In this document: piece by piece, positions 22,528 to 37,490 of the stretch
Layout: each line of letters opens with the position of its first letter
How positions within the stretch are numbered: the stretch's first letter is position 1
NCBI RefSeq assembly: GCF_006345805.1
Contig: NC_043022.1
Location: 15,872,001 to 15,936,000 of the forward strand
DNA: 64,000 nt
From: Octopus sinensis
Taxonomy: Eukaryota
Direction: 5' to 3'
Notes under the pieces: generated by a model
What the model saw: only the letters and a program-made list of their open reading frames with translations
Databases searched by the model: none
Told to the model about the DNA's origin: nothing
Made by a program: the position numbers and the translations under genes

Positions 22528-23978
22528 TTCTCGACACGATCAAGGAGATCTTGTTTTCACTGAAACCTGAGTGTCCTTTTTGGTCAGCTGAAAGCAGTTT
22601 TGGCACAAATTTGGCTGACACGCATCTCATACCCAAATCTTCAGTGATAATGGGCTCAACTGAACTGTAACTAAGGCGACGAGCTAGCAGAAACGTTAGC
22701 ACGCTGGGCGAAATGCGTAGCCGTATTTCGTCTGCCGTTACGTTCTGAGTTCAAATTCTGCCGAGGTCGACTTCGCCTTTCATCCTTTCTGGGTTGATAA
22801 ATTAAGTACTAGTTACGCACTGGGGTCGATGTAATCGACTTAATCCGTTTGTCTGTCCTCTCTGTGTTTAGCCCCTTGTGGGTAGTAAAGAAATAGGTAT
22901 TTCGGCTGCCGTTATGTTCTGAGTTCAAATTCCGCCGAGGTCGACTTTGCCTTTCATCCTTTCGGGGTCGATAAATTAAGTACCAGTTACGCACTGGGGT
23001 CGATGTAATCGACTTAATCCCTTTGTCTGTCCTTGTTTGTCCCCTCTGTGTTTAGCCCCTTGTGGGTAGTAAAGAAATAGGTATTTCGGCTGCCGTTACA
23101 TTCTGAGTTCAAATTCCGCCGAGGTCGACTTTGCCTTTCATCCTTTCGGGGGCGATAAATTAAGTACCAGTTACGCACTGGCGGCGATGTAATCGACTTA
23201 ATACGTTTGTCTGTCCTTGTTTGTCCTCTCTGTGTTTAGCCCCTTGTGGGTAGTAAAGAAATAGGTATTTTGTCTGCCGTACGTTCTGAGTTCAAATTCC
23301 GCGAGGGTCGACTTTGCCTTTCATCCTTTCGGGGTCGATAAATAAGTACTAGTTACGCACTGGGGTCGATGTAATCGACTTAATCCCTTTGTCTGTCCTT
23401 GTTTGTCCCCTCTGTGTTTAGCCCCTTGTGGGTAGTAAAGAAATAGGTATTTCGGCTGCTGTTACGTTCCGAGTTCAAATTCCGCCGAGGTCGACTTTGC
23501 CTTTCATCCTTTCGGGGTCGATGTAATCGACTTAATCCCTTTGTCTGTCCTTGTTTGTCCCCTCTGTGTTTAGCCCCCTGGTGGGTAATAAAGAAACAGA
23601 TTTGATGATGTCCCCTCACAGCTGCACACAGATCTGTGATGTTTTCCTCAGTTCTGCTAGTTGTGGGTCTCCCAGAACATTTGTCACTATCAACATTATT
23701 GGTGCCACCTTGGAAACATCTGAACCACTCGTACATTCGAGTGTGGCTCGTGAGCTCCTCTTTCTGCGACTCTGCATGGGCCTCTGAGCAGGTACCACCA
23801 TGACCGCTTGCTCCGTCATGATCATCTTCCTTCCAAGCATCGCTGTAAACAGCAGAAGTGAGCAAGAACGTTAGAACTCGGTGCACACGCACAGCAGAGT
23901 TCCAGGTCAATGTGTGCCAAGTGGCTTCACACTGCATGCTTTAACTTTGTTACTATGGCAACAGTCCGGATACTTATT
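22528..23978 (-). mobile_element. mariner 5' half relic of the same family, interrupted by a SINE array
   Basis: RMYEWFRCFQGG...SGRPTTSRTEENI (23610-23750) continues after the array as SSVEPIITEDLGMRCVSAKFVPKLLSADQK (22570-22670). Confidence 0.8.
22675..23596 (+). repeat. Tandem array of SINE family B: one headed copy plus four headless ~184-bp copies
   Basis: Units end AAAGAAATA at 22895, 23079, 23263, 23445, 23596. The central GCCTTTCATCCTTTCGGGGTCGATAAATTAAGTACCAG block recalls the Meta-type SINE domain (recollection). Confidence 0.9.
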
Positions 23979-24065
23979 TATTTCTTTATTGCCCACACGG
24001 GGCTAAACATAAGAATGGACAAACATGGACATACAAACGGATTAAGTCGATTACATCGACCCATG

Positions 24066-24165
24066 NNNNNNNNNNNNNNNNNNNNNNNNNNNNNNNNNNN
24101 NNNNNNNNNNNNNNNNNNNNNNNNNNNNNNNNNNNNNNNNNNNNNNNNNNNNNNNNNNNNNNNNN
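24066..24165. other. Assembly gap (100 N)
   Basis: Run of N; a family B SINE runs into it. Confidence 1.
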
Positions 24166-24484
24166 CCTAGCCAAAGATGACAACAGAGGAGCGAGATATG
24201 GGACACATGTCTGTCGTCAAGAACACCTGCCCACCACAACAGAATTGAGATCCGAAACCCAAGGTGCTGTGTAAAAAGCACTGGTGCTAGTACCACTTAA
24301 AATGCACCTGTGATGGTACCACATAAAAAGCACCCCGTACACACCGCAAAGTGGTTTGGTACACTCTTTTGGTTTGCCAGTTCCTGTCAGTCCATATAAC
24401 CCATGGCAGCATGGTAACTGGACATTAAATGATGAGGATGATGTTGAAACATGTGTGCATATATATTATATATATATATATATC

Positions 24485-24645
24485 GCAGGGGTGGCTGTGT
24501 AGTAAGTAGCTTGCTAACAAACCACATGGTTCCGGGTTCAGTCCCACTCTGTGGCATCTTGGGCAAGTGTCTTCTGCTATAGTCCTGGGCCGACCAATGC
24601 CTTGTGAGTGGATTTGGTAGACAGAAACTGAAAGAAGCCTGTCGT

Positions 24646-24676
<31 letters not shown>

Positions 24677-24890
24677 GTATGTGCGTGTGTCTGTGTTTGT
24701 CCCCCTAGTATTGCTTGACAACCGATGCTGGTGTGTTTACGTCCCCGTCACTTAGCGGTTCGGCAAAAGAGACTGATAGAATAAGTACTGGGCTTACAAA
24801 GAATAAGTCCCGGGGTCGATTTGCTCAACTAAAGGTGGTGCTCCAGCATGGCCACAGTCAAATGACTGAAACAAGTAAAAGAGTAAAAGA
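24485..24890 (+). mobile_element. SINE family A, full length
   Basis: Same head, body and tail. Confidence 0.85.
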
Positions 24891-25222
24891 GAGAGTATAT
24901 ATATACACATATGTATGTATCTCTCTATCTATACATCTATGTGTATATATACACCTGCACACATATCGTACTAAATATTTTCAAATAATATATATATAAA
25001 CAAATGACATTAACCATTACAAGAAGAATATGGCATTACCAAAAACCAAGTCTTTTTTGCTCAACAGTGCCACATTCCAAGCAATAACCACTGTTAATAA
25101 TTCTTCACCCAAACTCCTCCTTTTCTTTGGAAGTCTACAACAAAAACAAGAATTTCTTATTCAAAATATTTTTCTTAATGCAAAACCAGACTATCAAAAT
25201 GAAGTGAAAACAACATACTTAC

Positions 25223-25268
<46 letters not shown>

Positions 25269-25425
25269 ATGTATATATATATATATGTATGTATGTATGT
25301 GTGTGTGTGTACTGAGATCCCCCTTTTAGTAGAAGGAATTTCTAATTCGGTGTGTTGGTGAGGCAATTCGTTGCTAAACCCTTAATTACTTAGTATATAT
25401 ATATATATATTATATATTATATATG

Positions 25426-25457
<32 letters not shown>

Positions 25458-25550
25458 CATATATATATCATATATATATATATACATATATATAATATAT
25501 ACATATATACATATATGTATGTATGTATGTGTGTGTGTGTTATATATATA

Positions 25551-25582
<32 letters not shown>

Positions 25583-25974
25583 TATGTATATATATATATA
25601 TGTATATTATATATATATATATAATATATGATATATATATATATATTATATATATAATATATAGATAGATTATTTATATATGAATACATATGTATGCATA
25701 TATATATATACACATACATTATTTATGTATATAAGATATATATGTAAGCATACATATATATATTATACATATATATGTATGTATGTATGTATGTATGTGT
25801 GTATATAAGTAGGTCACAGAACCTATAAAAAGCTTTCTGAAGCTTCTTGTTTCATTATTTTTTCCTATTTTTATTTCTTGTTTTGCTTAGTTTTGTTTTT
25901 TTCTTTTTTGTTCCTGGGAGTGTTGTTCCACTGTTACAGAATGAGAAATATGTCAAGCATTATTATCATTATTA

Positions 25975-26027
<53 letters not shown>

Positions 26028-26059
26028 GTTATTGTTATTATTATTATTATTATCGTTAT

Positions 26060-26310
26060 TAAGGTGACTAGCTGGCAGAATCGTTAGCACATTGGGTGAA
26101 ATATTTAGCAGCATTTTTGTCCCCCTTAAAGTTCTGACTTCAAATTCCGCCAAGGTCAACTTTGCCTTTCAACCTTTCTGGATGTATAAATTAAGTACCA
26201 GTGAAACACTGGGGATCAATGTAATTGACTAGTCTCCTACCCACAAATTCCAAGCCTTGTGCCTATATTAAAAAGGATTATTATCATTATTATTATTGTT
26301 GTTGTTATTA

Positions 26311-26364
<54 letters not shown>

Positions 26365-26550
26365 GGCAGCGAGTTGACAGAATTGTTAGCACGCTGAGTG
26401 AGATGCTTTGCAGTATTTTATTTGTCTTTACATTCTGGGTTCAAATTCTACCTAAGTCATCTTTGCCTTTCATTCTTTCAGGGTCAATCAAATAAGTACC
26501 TTTGGGGCAAAATTTGACACCACCACCACCACCACCACCATCACCATCAC

Positions 26551-26598
<48 letters not shown>

Positions 26599-26830
26599 TA
26601 TTATTATTATTATTAATACAGTGAGCTGGCAGAATGGTTAGCATGCCGGACGAAATGCTTTGTAGTATTTCATTTGTCTTTACATTCTGAGTTCAAATTC
26701 CAGTGAAGTCAACTTTGCCTTTTATCCTTTCGAGGTCAAAAAAATAAGTACCAGTGTAATACTGGGGGTTAATCTAATCGACTATACCCCACCCCACCAA
26801 ATTTCAAGCCTTGTGTCTATAGTAGAAAGG
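26060..26830 (+). mobile_element. Three degenerate family B SINEs separated by (TAT)n/(CAT)n tracts
   Basis: GCTGGCAGAATCGTTAGC heads near 26070, 26368, 26624 with the shared central block. Confidence 0.7.
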
Positions 26831-27339
26831 ATTATTATTATTATTATTATCATTTTATATATATGTGTGTGTGTATATTTATACGTATATATACAAATAT
26901 GTACAAAAAGTTCCAGTTGTGGCTGTGTGGTAAGAAGTTTACTTCCCAGTCACATGGTTCCAGGTTCAGTCCCACTGTGTGGTACTTTTGGTAAGTGACT
27001 TCTATTACAGCCTTGGGCTGACGTAATGGGTGTGTGTGCGAAAATATAAACAGGAACTGAACCCAAAACAACAAAGTGGACTTCTCTGCCACTCAGCCAT
27101 TACTTCTGGGCCTTCATGCTACTGAAGTGATGCCTAAATCATCTATTTGGACCCTATATTTCTCAACTAAACCATTGAGTTGACCCTTTAGACAGTCAAC
27201 TCAGTGACACAGTACCCCAGCTGCCGGTTCACCTTTCCAGCAGGAGAATGGAAACTCTTCGACTTATCTAACACAGATAGTAAATCTGTTAATCCTATCA
27301 GAAAGCCATACATCTATCAATGTCACTTAGTTAGTTTAA

Positions 27340-27360
27340 TCTCCAAAATCCAGCCAGTCT

Positions 27361-27391
<31 letters not shown>

Positions 27392-27770
27392 AGGTTAACC
27401 ACCGAAACGGATAGTAAAGTTGGTGCTACCAGAAACTTCATTACCACCATCATCATTATCATCATCACCATCCTCATCATCATCACCATCCTCCTCCTCC
27501 TCATCATCATCATCACCATCATCATCTTCATCATCATCATCACCGTCATCATTCTCATCATTTTCATCATCATCATCATCGTCATCATCCTCATCATCAT
27601 CACCATCGCCATTGTCATCATCCTCCATCACCATCATCATCATCACTGTCATCATCGTTGTCGTCATCATCATCCTCATCATCATCCTCATCACCATCAT
27701 CATCCTCATCATGCACGCCAGCATCATCATCATCATTGTCATCATTGTTTTACATCCACCTTCCATGCTG
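27340..27770. repeat. (AGCC)n then degenerate (CAT)n low-complexity tract
   Basis: Direct reading. Confidence 0.9.
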
Positions 27771-28071
27771 CAATCCATAATGGATGAGCCAGCGCAGTTT
27801 CAAGTCAGCACACATTTCTCAGTAACAGAACTCTATCAACTACGTCCGACAAGCCATTTAAGATAATCCTTTTTTTCTCTCAATATCTCAATAACCACTG
27901 ATCCAATTTATGCAAAACTTGTTTTATTCCGTTTGTATTCACATTTCAGGGGCACTGTACTCTCAAAGTATTTTCCCATTATGTGCCAGTTGGCTATGTA
28001 ACATTGCAAGCAAGCAAGCAAGATTGAACTTCATTTTTAATATATATATATATATATTGTGTGTATATATA

Positions 28072-28119
<48 letters not shown>

Positions 28120-28166
28120 TATATATATATGTGTTGTGTGTGTGTATATATGTGTATATATATATG

Positions 28167-28233
<67 letters not shown>

Positions 28234-28234
28234 G

Positions 28235-28265
<31 letters not shown>

Positions 28266-28283
28266 TATGTTATATTATATATC

Positions 28284-28317
<34 letters not shown>

Positions 28318-28795
28318 GTATTATATATATATATATATGGATTTATATGATTGGGTTTAAAGGGCTACATTATCTGTATGGATACCATAGTAGGTCTCAG
28401 TTATGTTCCAGGTTAAAGCTAACATCATCGATTTGTAATTCATGTCTGTGGCTATTAGGAGTTGTCACTCATGCCGTAGATTCCTCCAATGGGTAATTCT
28501 GTGTTTGCTTCACACGATGGTGTAATGTCATCTGGAGTGTATATCAGTCTCCATATGGATCTATAGAGAATATGGGGACTGATACATCCTCAAAATTTAT
28601 TTCCTTACATTTTACCATGTCATGCAGCATGAAAATATGCTGTCCCACCCATGTCAGCATGGAAGGCAGACATTAAACGACGACGATGATGATGATGATG
28701 ATGATGATGACATTGTAAAATTAGAGGAAATAAATTTTGAGGATGTATCGGTCTCCATATTTTCTATCATTATAATTATTGCATTTATTTATACT

Positions 28796-29103
28796 TATAC
28801 TTGCAGTATCGCCCGGCGTTGCTCAGGTTTGTAAGGGAAATAACTATATAAGCATTTTTAGAGAGTTACTTCCCTTATAATAGCAAAAAAATGCATTAAA
28901 AATGGGGAAAAAAATGATGGTAAATTTTTTTTAAAATTGTACACTCATCGTAGACGCGCGCTAATACCCAGAAGGGCTCGATATGAATCACGACTATAAG
29001 ATACCCGAATTTGGTTAAACTGTACCGCAAAATGTGGGAGTAGTTAGGAATCTAAATCGGAGGAGACAGACTCTCACACAACTTCAGTTTTATATATAAA
29101 GAT
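28796..29103 (+). mobile_element. Non-autonomous Helitron-superfamily element (Lep1/DINE-like)
   Basis: Starts TATACT(T)GCAGTATCGCCCGGCGTTGCTC(A)GG, has GACAGAC near the 3' end, ends TTTTATATATAAAGAT; no TIR or TSD. Class is inference. Confidence 0.5.
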
Positions 29104-29387
29104 ATTGTCGTTGTCATCATCAATGTCAGCATCATCATCAGCATCATCATTTAATGTCCTTTTCCCATGCTAGCATGCAACGGACCGGGCCGCTTGACAG
29201 GAGCTAATAAGTTCAGGGGCCATACCAGGCTCCATTGTCTGTTTTGGCATGTTTTCTATGGCTGAATGGCCCTTCCTAATACCACCTTTCTCTCCTTTCC
29301 TCTCATTCCAATGGCTGAAAGCACCTTCCATGCCGACTGAGCTGGGAATTCCCAACAGCCAGCCTCAACTGGGAAAAGCCATACCTA

Positions 29388-29578
29388 TTTCTTTACTACC
29401 CACAAGGGGCAAAACATAGAGGGGACAAACAAGGACAGACGTAACTGGTACTTAATTTATCGACCCGGAAAGGATGAAAGCAAAGTCGACCTCGACGGAA
29501 TTTGAACTCACAACATAACGACAGACGAAATACGGCTACGCATTTCGCCCGGCGTGCTAACGTTTCTGCCAGCTCACC
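29388..29578 (-). mobile_element. SINE family B
   Basis: Reverse complement of the 22675 unit with internal deletion. Confidence 0.8.
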
Positions 29579-30224
29579 GCCATACCTGTCATCCCTTCTC
29601 CCTGCAATCCTGCAGAAGACTTTCATATTTAGCATGCTTCAATTCGTGGGCCTCATCACACCCCTCTTCCCAGATGACTGTGATCCCACTTATCATTTTC
29701 TTGGTCTTTTCAGACGTAAAGCATAAATATTGGTCATTACATTTTTTTTTTTATTGTAGTAAATTTGACTTACAGCCGTTTCCAGTAGTCATGATAGGTT
29801 TCATATTGATAGCTTTACTCAATCAGCCCATTGATTGGTTGAGACAATTGAATGACCTCCAAAATTAATGCTACTTTAGTCAGTAATTTATGGTAATTAA
29901 TTTTCTAGGTCATTCAGACTAAAGAGAGTATATATAGTTTCGGTAATTGAACAGAGACTGGTGGATTAATTGACCGACCAGAGTGGAGTGATGTTACGAG
30001 AGATAACAGGAAAACAATTAGAGAAAGTGTAGGCATGGCTGTGTGGTAATAAGGCCTGCTTCCCAACAACATGGCTTGGGTTCAGTCTCACTGCAAGATA
30101 CCTTAGGCAAATGTCTTCTACTATAACACCAAGGTAATTAAAGGCTTGTGAGTGGATTTGGTTGCTGGAAACTTAAAGGAGTTATATGACCATAACCCGT
30201 GGCCTCTACATGGGATGTAGCCAG

Positions 30225-30660
30225 TCCACTTATGCATACCTTTCCTTCTTGGGACACAAAACTCTACTTGTGAAGACCTGTTGAGGCAAGTGAAAATCAA
30301 AATCGATCAACATCAATGGAAATTGCAGCTGTGATACCAGTCCCGGTGGTACACAAGAGAACCATCCGAATGTGGCTGTTGCCAGCGCCTCGCCCTGACT
30401 GGCCTCGTGCCGGTGGCACGTAAAAAGCACCATCCGATTGTGGCCGTTGCCAGCCTCGCCTGGCCCCTGTGCCAGTGGCACATAAAAAGCACCCACTACA
30501 CTCATGGAGTGGTTGGCGTTAGGAAGGGCATCCAGCTGTAGAAACTCTGCCAGATCAAGATTGGGCCTGGTGCAGCCTTCTGGCTTTCCAAACCCCAGTT
30601 GAACCGTCCAACCCATGCCAGCATGGAAAGCGGACGCTAAACAATGATGATGATGATGAT
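30225..30660 (+). mobile_element. SINE family D
   Basis: Subunits plus RTE-type tail (GAT)n. Confidence 0.75.
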
Positions 30661-31112
30661 ATATATATATATAAATAAATGGTGAATAGGAAGGAGAATA
30701 CCACTTCTCTCTCTTTCTCGCTCTCTTTCTCTCTCTACCTATCCGTGTATCGATCTATCTATCCATATCCATCTATCTTTCTATCTACTTACTTACCTAC
30801 ATATATTTCTATCTATCCATCTTCATTGTCATGGAACCTCACCCCCCCCCAAAAAAGCAATGTTATCTTCCAAACAAAACCCTCAAAAACCATCTGTTTT
30901 ATATAAATAAACAAGCTGTTTGTGCATTCACAAAATTTTATTCAACAAGTTCAAGAAAGGAATGAAATCACTAATCATAATGAAGAAATAAAAAGAATTT
31001 TTTTACAAAATTCTTACAAAATTTTTTTCTCAATATTCAATTTCTGTACATCACACCTAACACTCTATACACACACACACACACATACATATATATATAT
31101 GTATATATATAT

Positions 31113-31555
31113 ATCATCATCATCGTTTAACGTCCGTTCTCCATGCTAGCATGGGTTGGACGGTTCAACTGGGGTCTGGGAAGCCAGAAGGCTGCATCAG
31201 GCCCAGTCTGATCTGGCAATGTTTCTACAGCTGGATGCTCTTCCTAACGCCAACCACTCCGTGAGTGTAGTGGGTGCTTTTTACGTGCCACCCGCACAGG
31301 GGCCAGACGGATCTGGCAAACGGCCACGGACGGATGGTGCTTTTTACGTGCCACCAGCACGGGGGCCAGGCGAGGCTGGCAACGGCCACGATCGGATGGT
31401 GCTTTTTACGTGCCACCGGCACGTAGGCCAGTCAGGGCGGCGCTGGCAACGGCCAGGATTGGATGGTTCGCTTACTTGTCACCGGCACTGGTATCACAGC
31501 TGCAATTTCCATTGATGTTGATTGACTTCGATTTTGGTTCTGCTTTCTGATATCT
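31113..31555 (-). mobile_element. SINE family D
   Basis: Four GGTGCTTTTTACGTGCCACC-type subunits plus tail. Confidence 0.75.
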
Positions 31556-32085
31556 GATTTGATTTGGTTTAGATAGATAGATAGATATGTGCAGGAGTAA
31601 CTGTGTGGTAAGAAGCTTGCTTTCAAATCACATGGTTCTGGGTTCAGTCCCACTGCGTGGCACCTTGGCGAACTGGCCAACCAAAACCTTGTGAGCAAAT
31701 TTGGAAGATGGAAACTGAAAGAAGCCCATCGTGTATGTATATATATATATATATATGAGTGTTTATGTATGTATTTGTATGTCTGTACTTGTCCCCCTCA
31801 CCACTATTGCTTCAGCAAAGGATACTGATGGAATAAGTACTAGGCTTTCAACGAATAAGTCCTGGGGTCAATTTGTTCAACTAAAGGCGGTGCTCCAGTA
31901 TGGCCACAGTCTAATATCTGAAACATAAAAGTAAAAAAATAAGATAATATACATGGGTGTGTTTCTGTCTGTGTTTGTCTCCCATCAATGCTTGACAACT
32001 GGTGATGGTTTGTTTACAACCCTGTAACTTAGCCATTCCGCAATAGATACTGATAGAATAAGTACCAGGCGTTACAAAAATAAGG

Positions 32086-32494
32086 AGTGGCTGTGTGATA
32101 AGTAGCTTGTTTACCAACCACATGGTTCCGGGTTCAGTCCCACTGCGTGGTATCTTGGGCAAGTGTCTTCTGCTATAGCCCCGGGCCGACCAAAGCCTTG
32201 TGAGTGGATTTGGTAGACAGAAACTGAAAGAAGCCCGTCGTATATATGTATATATATATATATGTGTATGTGTGTGTGTGTGTGTTCGTGTGTCTGTGTT
32301 TGTCCCCCTAGCATTGCTTGACAACCGATGCTGGTGTGTTTATGTCCCCGTCACTTAGCGGTTCGGCAAAAGAGACCGATAGAATAAGTACTGGGCTTAC
32401 AAAAGAATAAGTCCTGGGGTCGAGATGCTCGATTAGAGGCGGTGCTCCAGCATGGCTGCAGTCAAATGACTGAAACAAGTAAAAGAGTAAAAGA
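32086..32494 (+). mobile_element. SINE family A, full length
   Basis: Same head, body and tail. Confidence 0.85.
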
Positions 32495-32744
32495 GGGGTA
32501 GATTCATTTGACTAGAATTCTTCAAGACTTTGCTCCAGCATGGCCACAGTCAAATGACTGAAACAGGTAAAACACAGATGATAAAAGGGAGCTCCACCAT
32601 ATTTAATTGTTTTAGTTAATTATAATTATGGCCTTAGAAGAACTAATTATTGTTATCTTAATCAATTTCTCTGTCAGTCACCTACCAACCAACCTGTCAA
32701 CAATTCCAGCCAGCCAGCTTACAAACCAACCTTGGATACTTGAT

Positions 32745-34480
32745 ATGGTAAAGGGAGTCCTTAGGAGGTCAGTTGACAGGCTAGAAACAGCAGCCAAAGC
32801 ACCCTCATATTATGAGTTAACGAGGGTGTAGCTATGAGGTCACTTGACAAAGCAGAAATAACAACTAAGTCTTCCTGAAATTATGAACACACGAGGGAGT
32901 CTTGACTTGTTAGAAATAGCAGTCAAAATTCCCTCAAATTATGAGCCAATAAAGGAGTCCCTGTGAAGTCACTCAACAGGCTAGAAACAGCAGCCAAAGC
33001 ACCCTCATATTATGAGTTAACGAGGGTGTAGCTATGAGGTCACTTGACAAAGTAGAAATAACAACTAAGTCTTCCTGAAATTATGAACACACGAGGGAGT
33101 CTTGACTCGTTAGAAATAGCAGTCAAAATTCCCTCAAATTATGAGCCAATAAAGGAGTCCCTGTGAAGTCACTCACAGGCTAGAAATAGCAGCCAAAACA
33201 CCCCTAAATTATGAGTTAACGAGGGTGTTGCTATGAGGTCACTTGACAAAGTAGAAATAACAACTAAGTCTTCCTGAAATTATGAACACACGAGGGAGTC
33301 TTGACTCGTTAGAAATAGCAGTCAAAATTCCCTCAAATTATGAGCCAATAAAGGAGTCCCTGTGAAGTCACTCAACAGGCTAGAAATAGCAGCCAAAACA
33401 CCCCTAAATTATGAGTTAACGAGGGTGTTGCTATGAGGTCACTTGACAAAGTAGAAATAACAACTAAGTCTTCCTGAAATTATGAACAAATGAGAGAGTC
33501 TCTTTTTAGGATACATGATTGGCTAGAGATAACAGCCAAATCTCCCGTAAGTTATGAACCAATAAGAGAGTTGCTATACGATCTACTATGCTAGTAATAG
33601 CAGTCAAAACTCCCTTAAATTATGACACAATGAGGGAGTCTTAACTATTTGGAAATAGCAGCCAAAACTCCCACAAATTATGAGCCAACAAAGGAGTCCG
33701 TATGCAGTCATTCAACAGGCTAGAAATAGCAGCCAAAACTCCCTTAAATTATGACACAATGAGGGAGTCTTAACTATTGGAATGGAATAGCAGCCAAAAC
33801 ACCCCTAAATTATGAGTTAACGAGGGTGTTGCTATGAGGTCACTTGACAAAGTAGAAATAACAACTAAGTCTTCCTGAAATTATGAACAAATGAGAGAGT
33901 CTCTTTTTAGGATACATGATTGGCTAGAGATAACAGCCAAATCTCCCGTAAGTTATGAACCAATAAGAGAGTTGCTATACGATCTACTATGCTAGTAATA
34001 GCAGTCAAAACTCCCTTAAATTATGACACAATGAGGGAGTCTTAACTATTTGGAAATAGCAGCCAAAACTCCCACAAATTATGAGCCAACAAAGGAGTCC
34101 GTATGCAGTCATTCAACAGGCTAGAAATAGCAGCCAAAACTCCCTTAAATTATGACACAATGAGGGAGTCTTAACTATTTGGAAATAGCAGCCAAAACTC
34201 CCACAAATTATGAGCCAACAAAGGAGTCCGTATACAGTCATTCAACAGGCTAGAAATAGCAGTCAAAACTCCCTTAAATTATGACCCAATGAGGGAGTCT
34301 TAACTATTTGGAAATAGCAGCCAAAACTCCCACTAATTATGAGCCAACAAAGGAGTCCGTATGCAGTCATTTAACAAGCTAGAAATAGCAGCCGAAGCTC
34401 TCTTAAATTATAAGGCAATGAGGTCTCTATGAAGTCACTTAGTATGTTAGAAATGACAGGCAAAAAACTCTCCCAAATCT
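32745..34480 (+). repeat. Complex minisatellite of ~58/71-bp monomers with 200-, ~400- and ~130-bp higher-order periods
   Basis: CTAGAAA(C/T)AGCAGCCAAA recurs at 32781, 32981, 33180, 33380; monomers carry a CCC..AAATTATGA..GGG core. Confidence 0.9.
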
Positions 34481-34729
34481 CACATTTTATTTATTTTTTT
34501 AAAAATTATTTTATCTAGTTTCAGCTCACGAGCTGTGGCCAAGCTGGGGCACCGCCATTTACATTGCTTTTTTTAAATAAATGAAAATGCATTAAACAAC
34601 ATAGGATTGAAAATGAACGGGCTGGCCACAGCTGGAATGTGCTTGATCATAAGATTACTCAGTCTAGGCCGACCTTGGGTTAAAAAAAACAACCTGTCAA
34701 CCAACCCAACAAGCACCCATTCACCTCAT

Positions 34730-36185
<1,456 letters not shown>

Positions 36186-36866
36186 TTCCCAACCGAATTA
36201 TTTACCAAACTCTTTTTCTCTTCTCTTCTCTTTGCTGCTCTGTTGTATTCTCTTCTCGTTTTTCACAAACCGTTTTTCATAAATAATTAAACTTCAATAT
36301 TTTGGTTTGTTCTATTTTCTTTACTCTACCAAATGTATTGAGTAATCCTTCGTTTTACTGTAAAATTGTTTTTATTATAACATAAAAACGAACATCAAGG
36401 CTTATGCGTGCATGTGTGTGTGTGTCTGTACATCAATAAGTGTAGGTAGATAGATATGTTTCTTTATTAGCCACACAGGGCTGCACACAGACAGAACAAA
36501 TTACAAGGTAGAGCTTTTCTTTTGGGGGTAAAAAAAAGGGGGGGTTGGTTTTCGATCAAAAGGTATCGTAAAAGGAAAGAAAGAACAAAAAAGGGGAGGA
36601 TTTAAAAAAAAGGGGGGGAGAGGAAAAAAATAGATAGAGAGAGAGAGAGAGAGAGAGATGTATGCATTGGCAGTGTGGTAAGAAGCTTGCTTCCCAACAA
36701 TATAGTTCCGGGTTCAGTCCCACTGCATGGCGCTTGAGCCAGTGTCTTTTACTATAGCTTCAGGCCAACCGAAACCTTATGAGTGGATTTGGTAGACAGA
36801 AACTGAAAGAAGCCCATTGTTTGTGTATCTATCTATATATATATATATAACCCTAACCCATAGACG

Positions 36867-37245
36867 CAGGAGTGGCTGTGTGGTAAGTAGCTTGCTTACC
36901 AGCCACATGGTTCCGGGTTCAGTCCCACTGCGTGGCATCTTGGGCAAGTGTCTTCTGCTATAGCCCCGGGCCGAGCAATGCCTTGTGAGTGGATTTGGTA
37001 GACGGAAACTGAAAGAAGCCTGTCGTATATATGTGTATATATATATGTGTTTGTGTGTCTGTGTTTGTCCCCCTAGCATTGCTTGACAACCGATGCTGGT
37101 GTGTTTACGTCCCCGTCACTTAGCGGTTCGGCAAAAGAGACCGATAGAATAAGTACTGGGCTTACAAAGAATAAGTCCAAGGGTCGATTTGCTCGACTAA
37201 AGGCGGTGCTCCAGCATGGCTGAAACAAATAAAAGAGTAAAAAGA
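36867..37245 (+). mobile_element. SINE family A, near full length
   Basis: Same head, body and tail. Confidence 0.85.
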
Positions 37246-37259
37246 GTATATATATATAT

Positions 37260-37490
37260 TTCTTTATTACCCACAAGGGGCTAAACATAGAGGGGACAAA
37301 CAAGGACAGACAAAGGGATTAAGTCGATTACATCGAGCCCCCCCCAGTGCGAAACTGGTACTTTATTTATCGACCCCGAAAGGATGAAAGGCAAAGTTGA
37401 CCTCGGTGGAATTTGAACTCAGAACGTAACGACAGACGAAATACCGCTAAGCATTTCGCCCGGCGCGCTAACGATTTTGCCAGCTTGCAG
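37260..37490 (-). mobile_element. SINE family B, full length
   Basis: Head GCTGGCAAAATCGTTAGCGCG to tail GGGTAATAAAGAA. Confidence 0.85.

Noticed and set aside
27331-27866. Poly-Met, poly-Asp and poly-Ser/Ile ORFs
   Set aside because: Frames of a (CAT)n tract with no splice or domain support.
36849-36860. Telomeric repeat traces (AACCCTAACCC)
   Set aside because: Under two units each; not an interstitial telomeric array.
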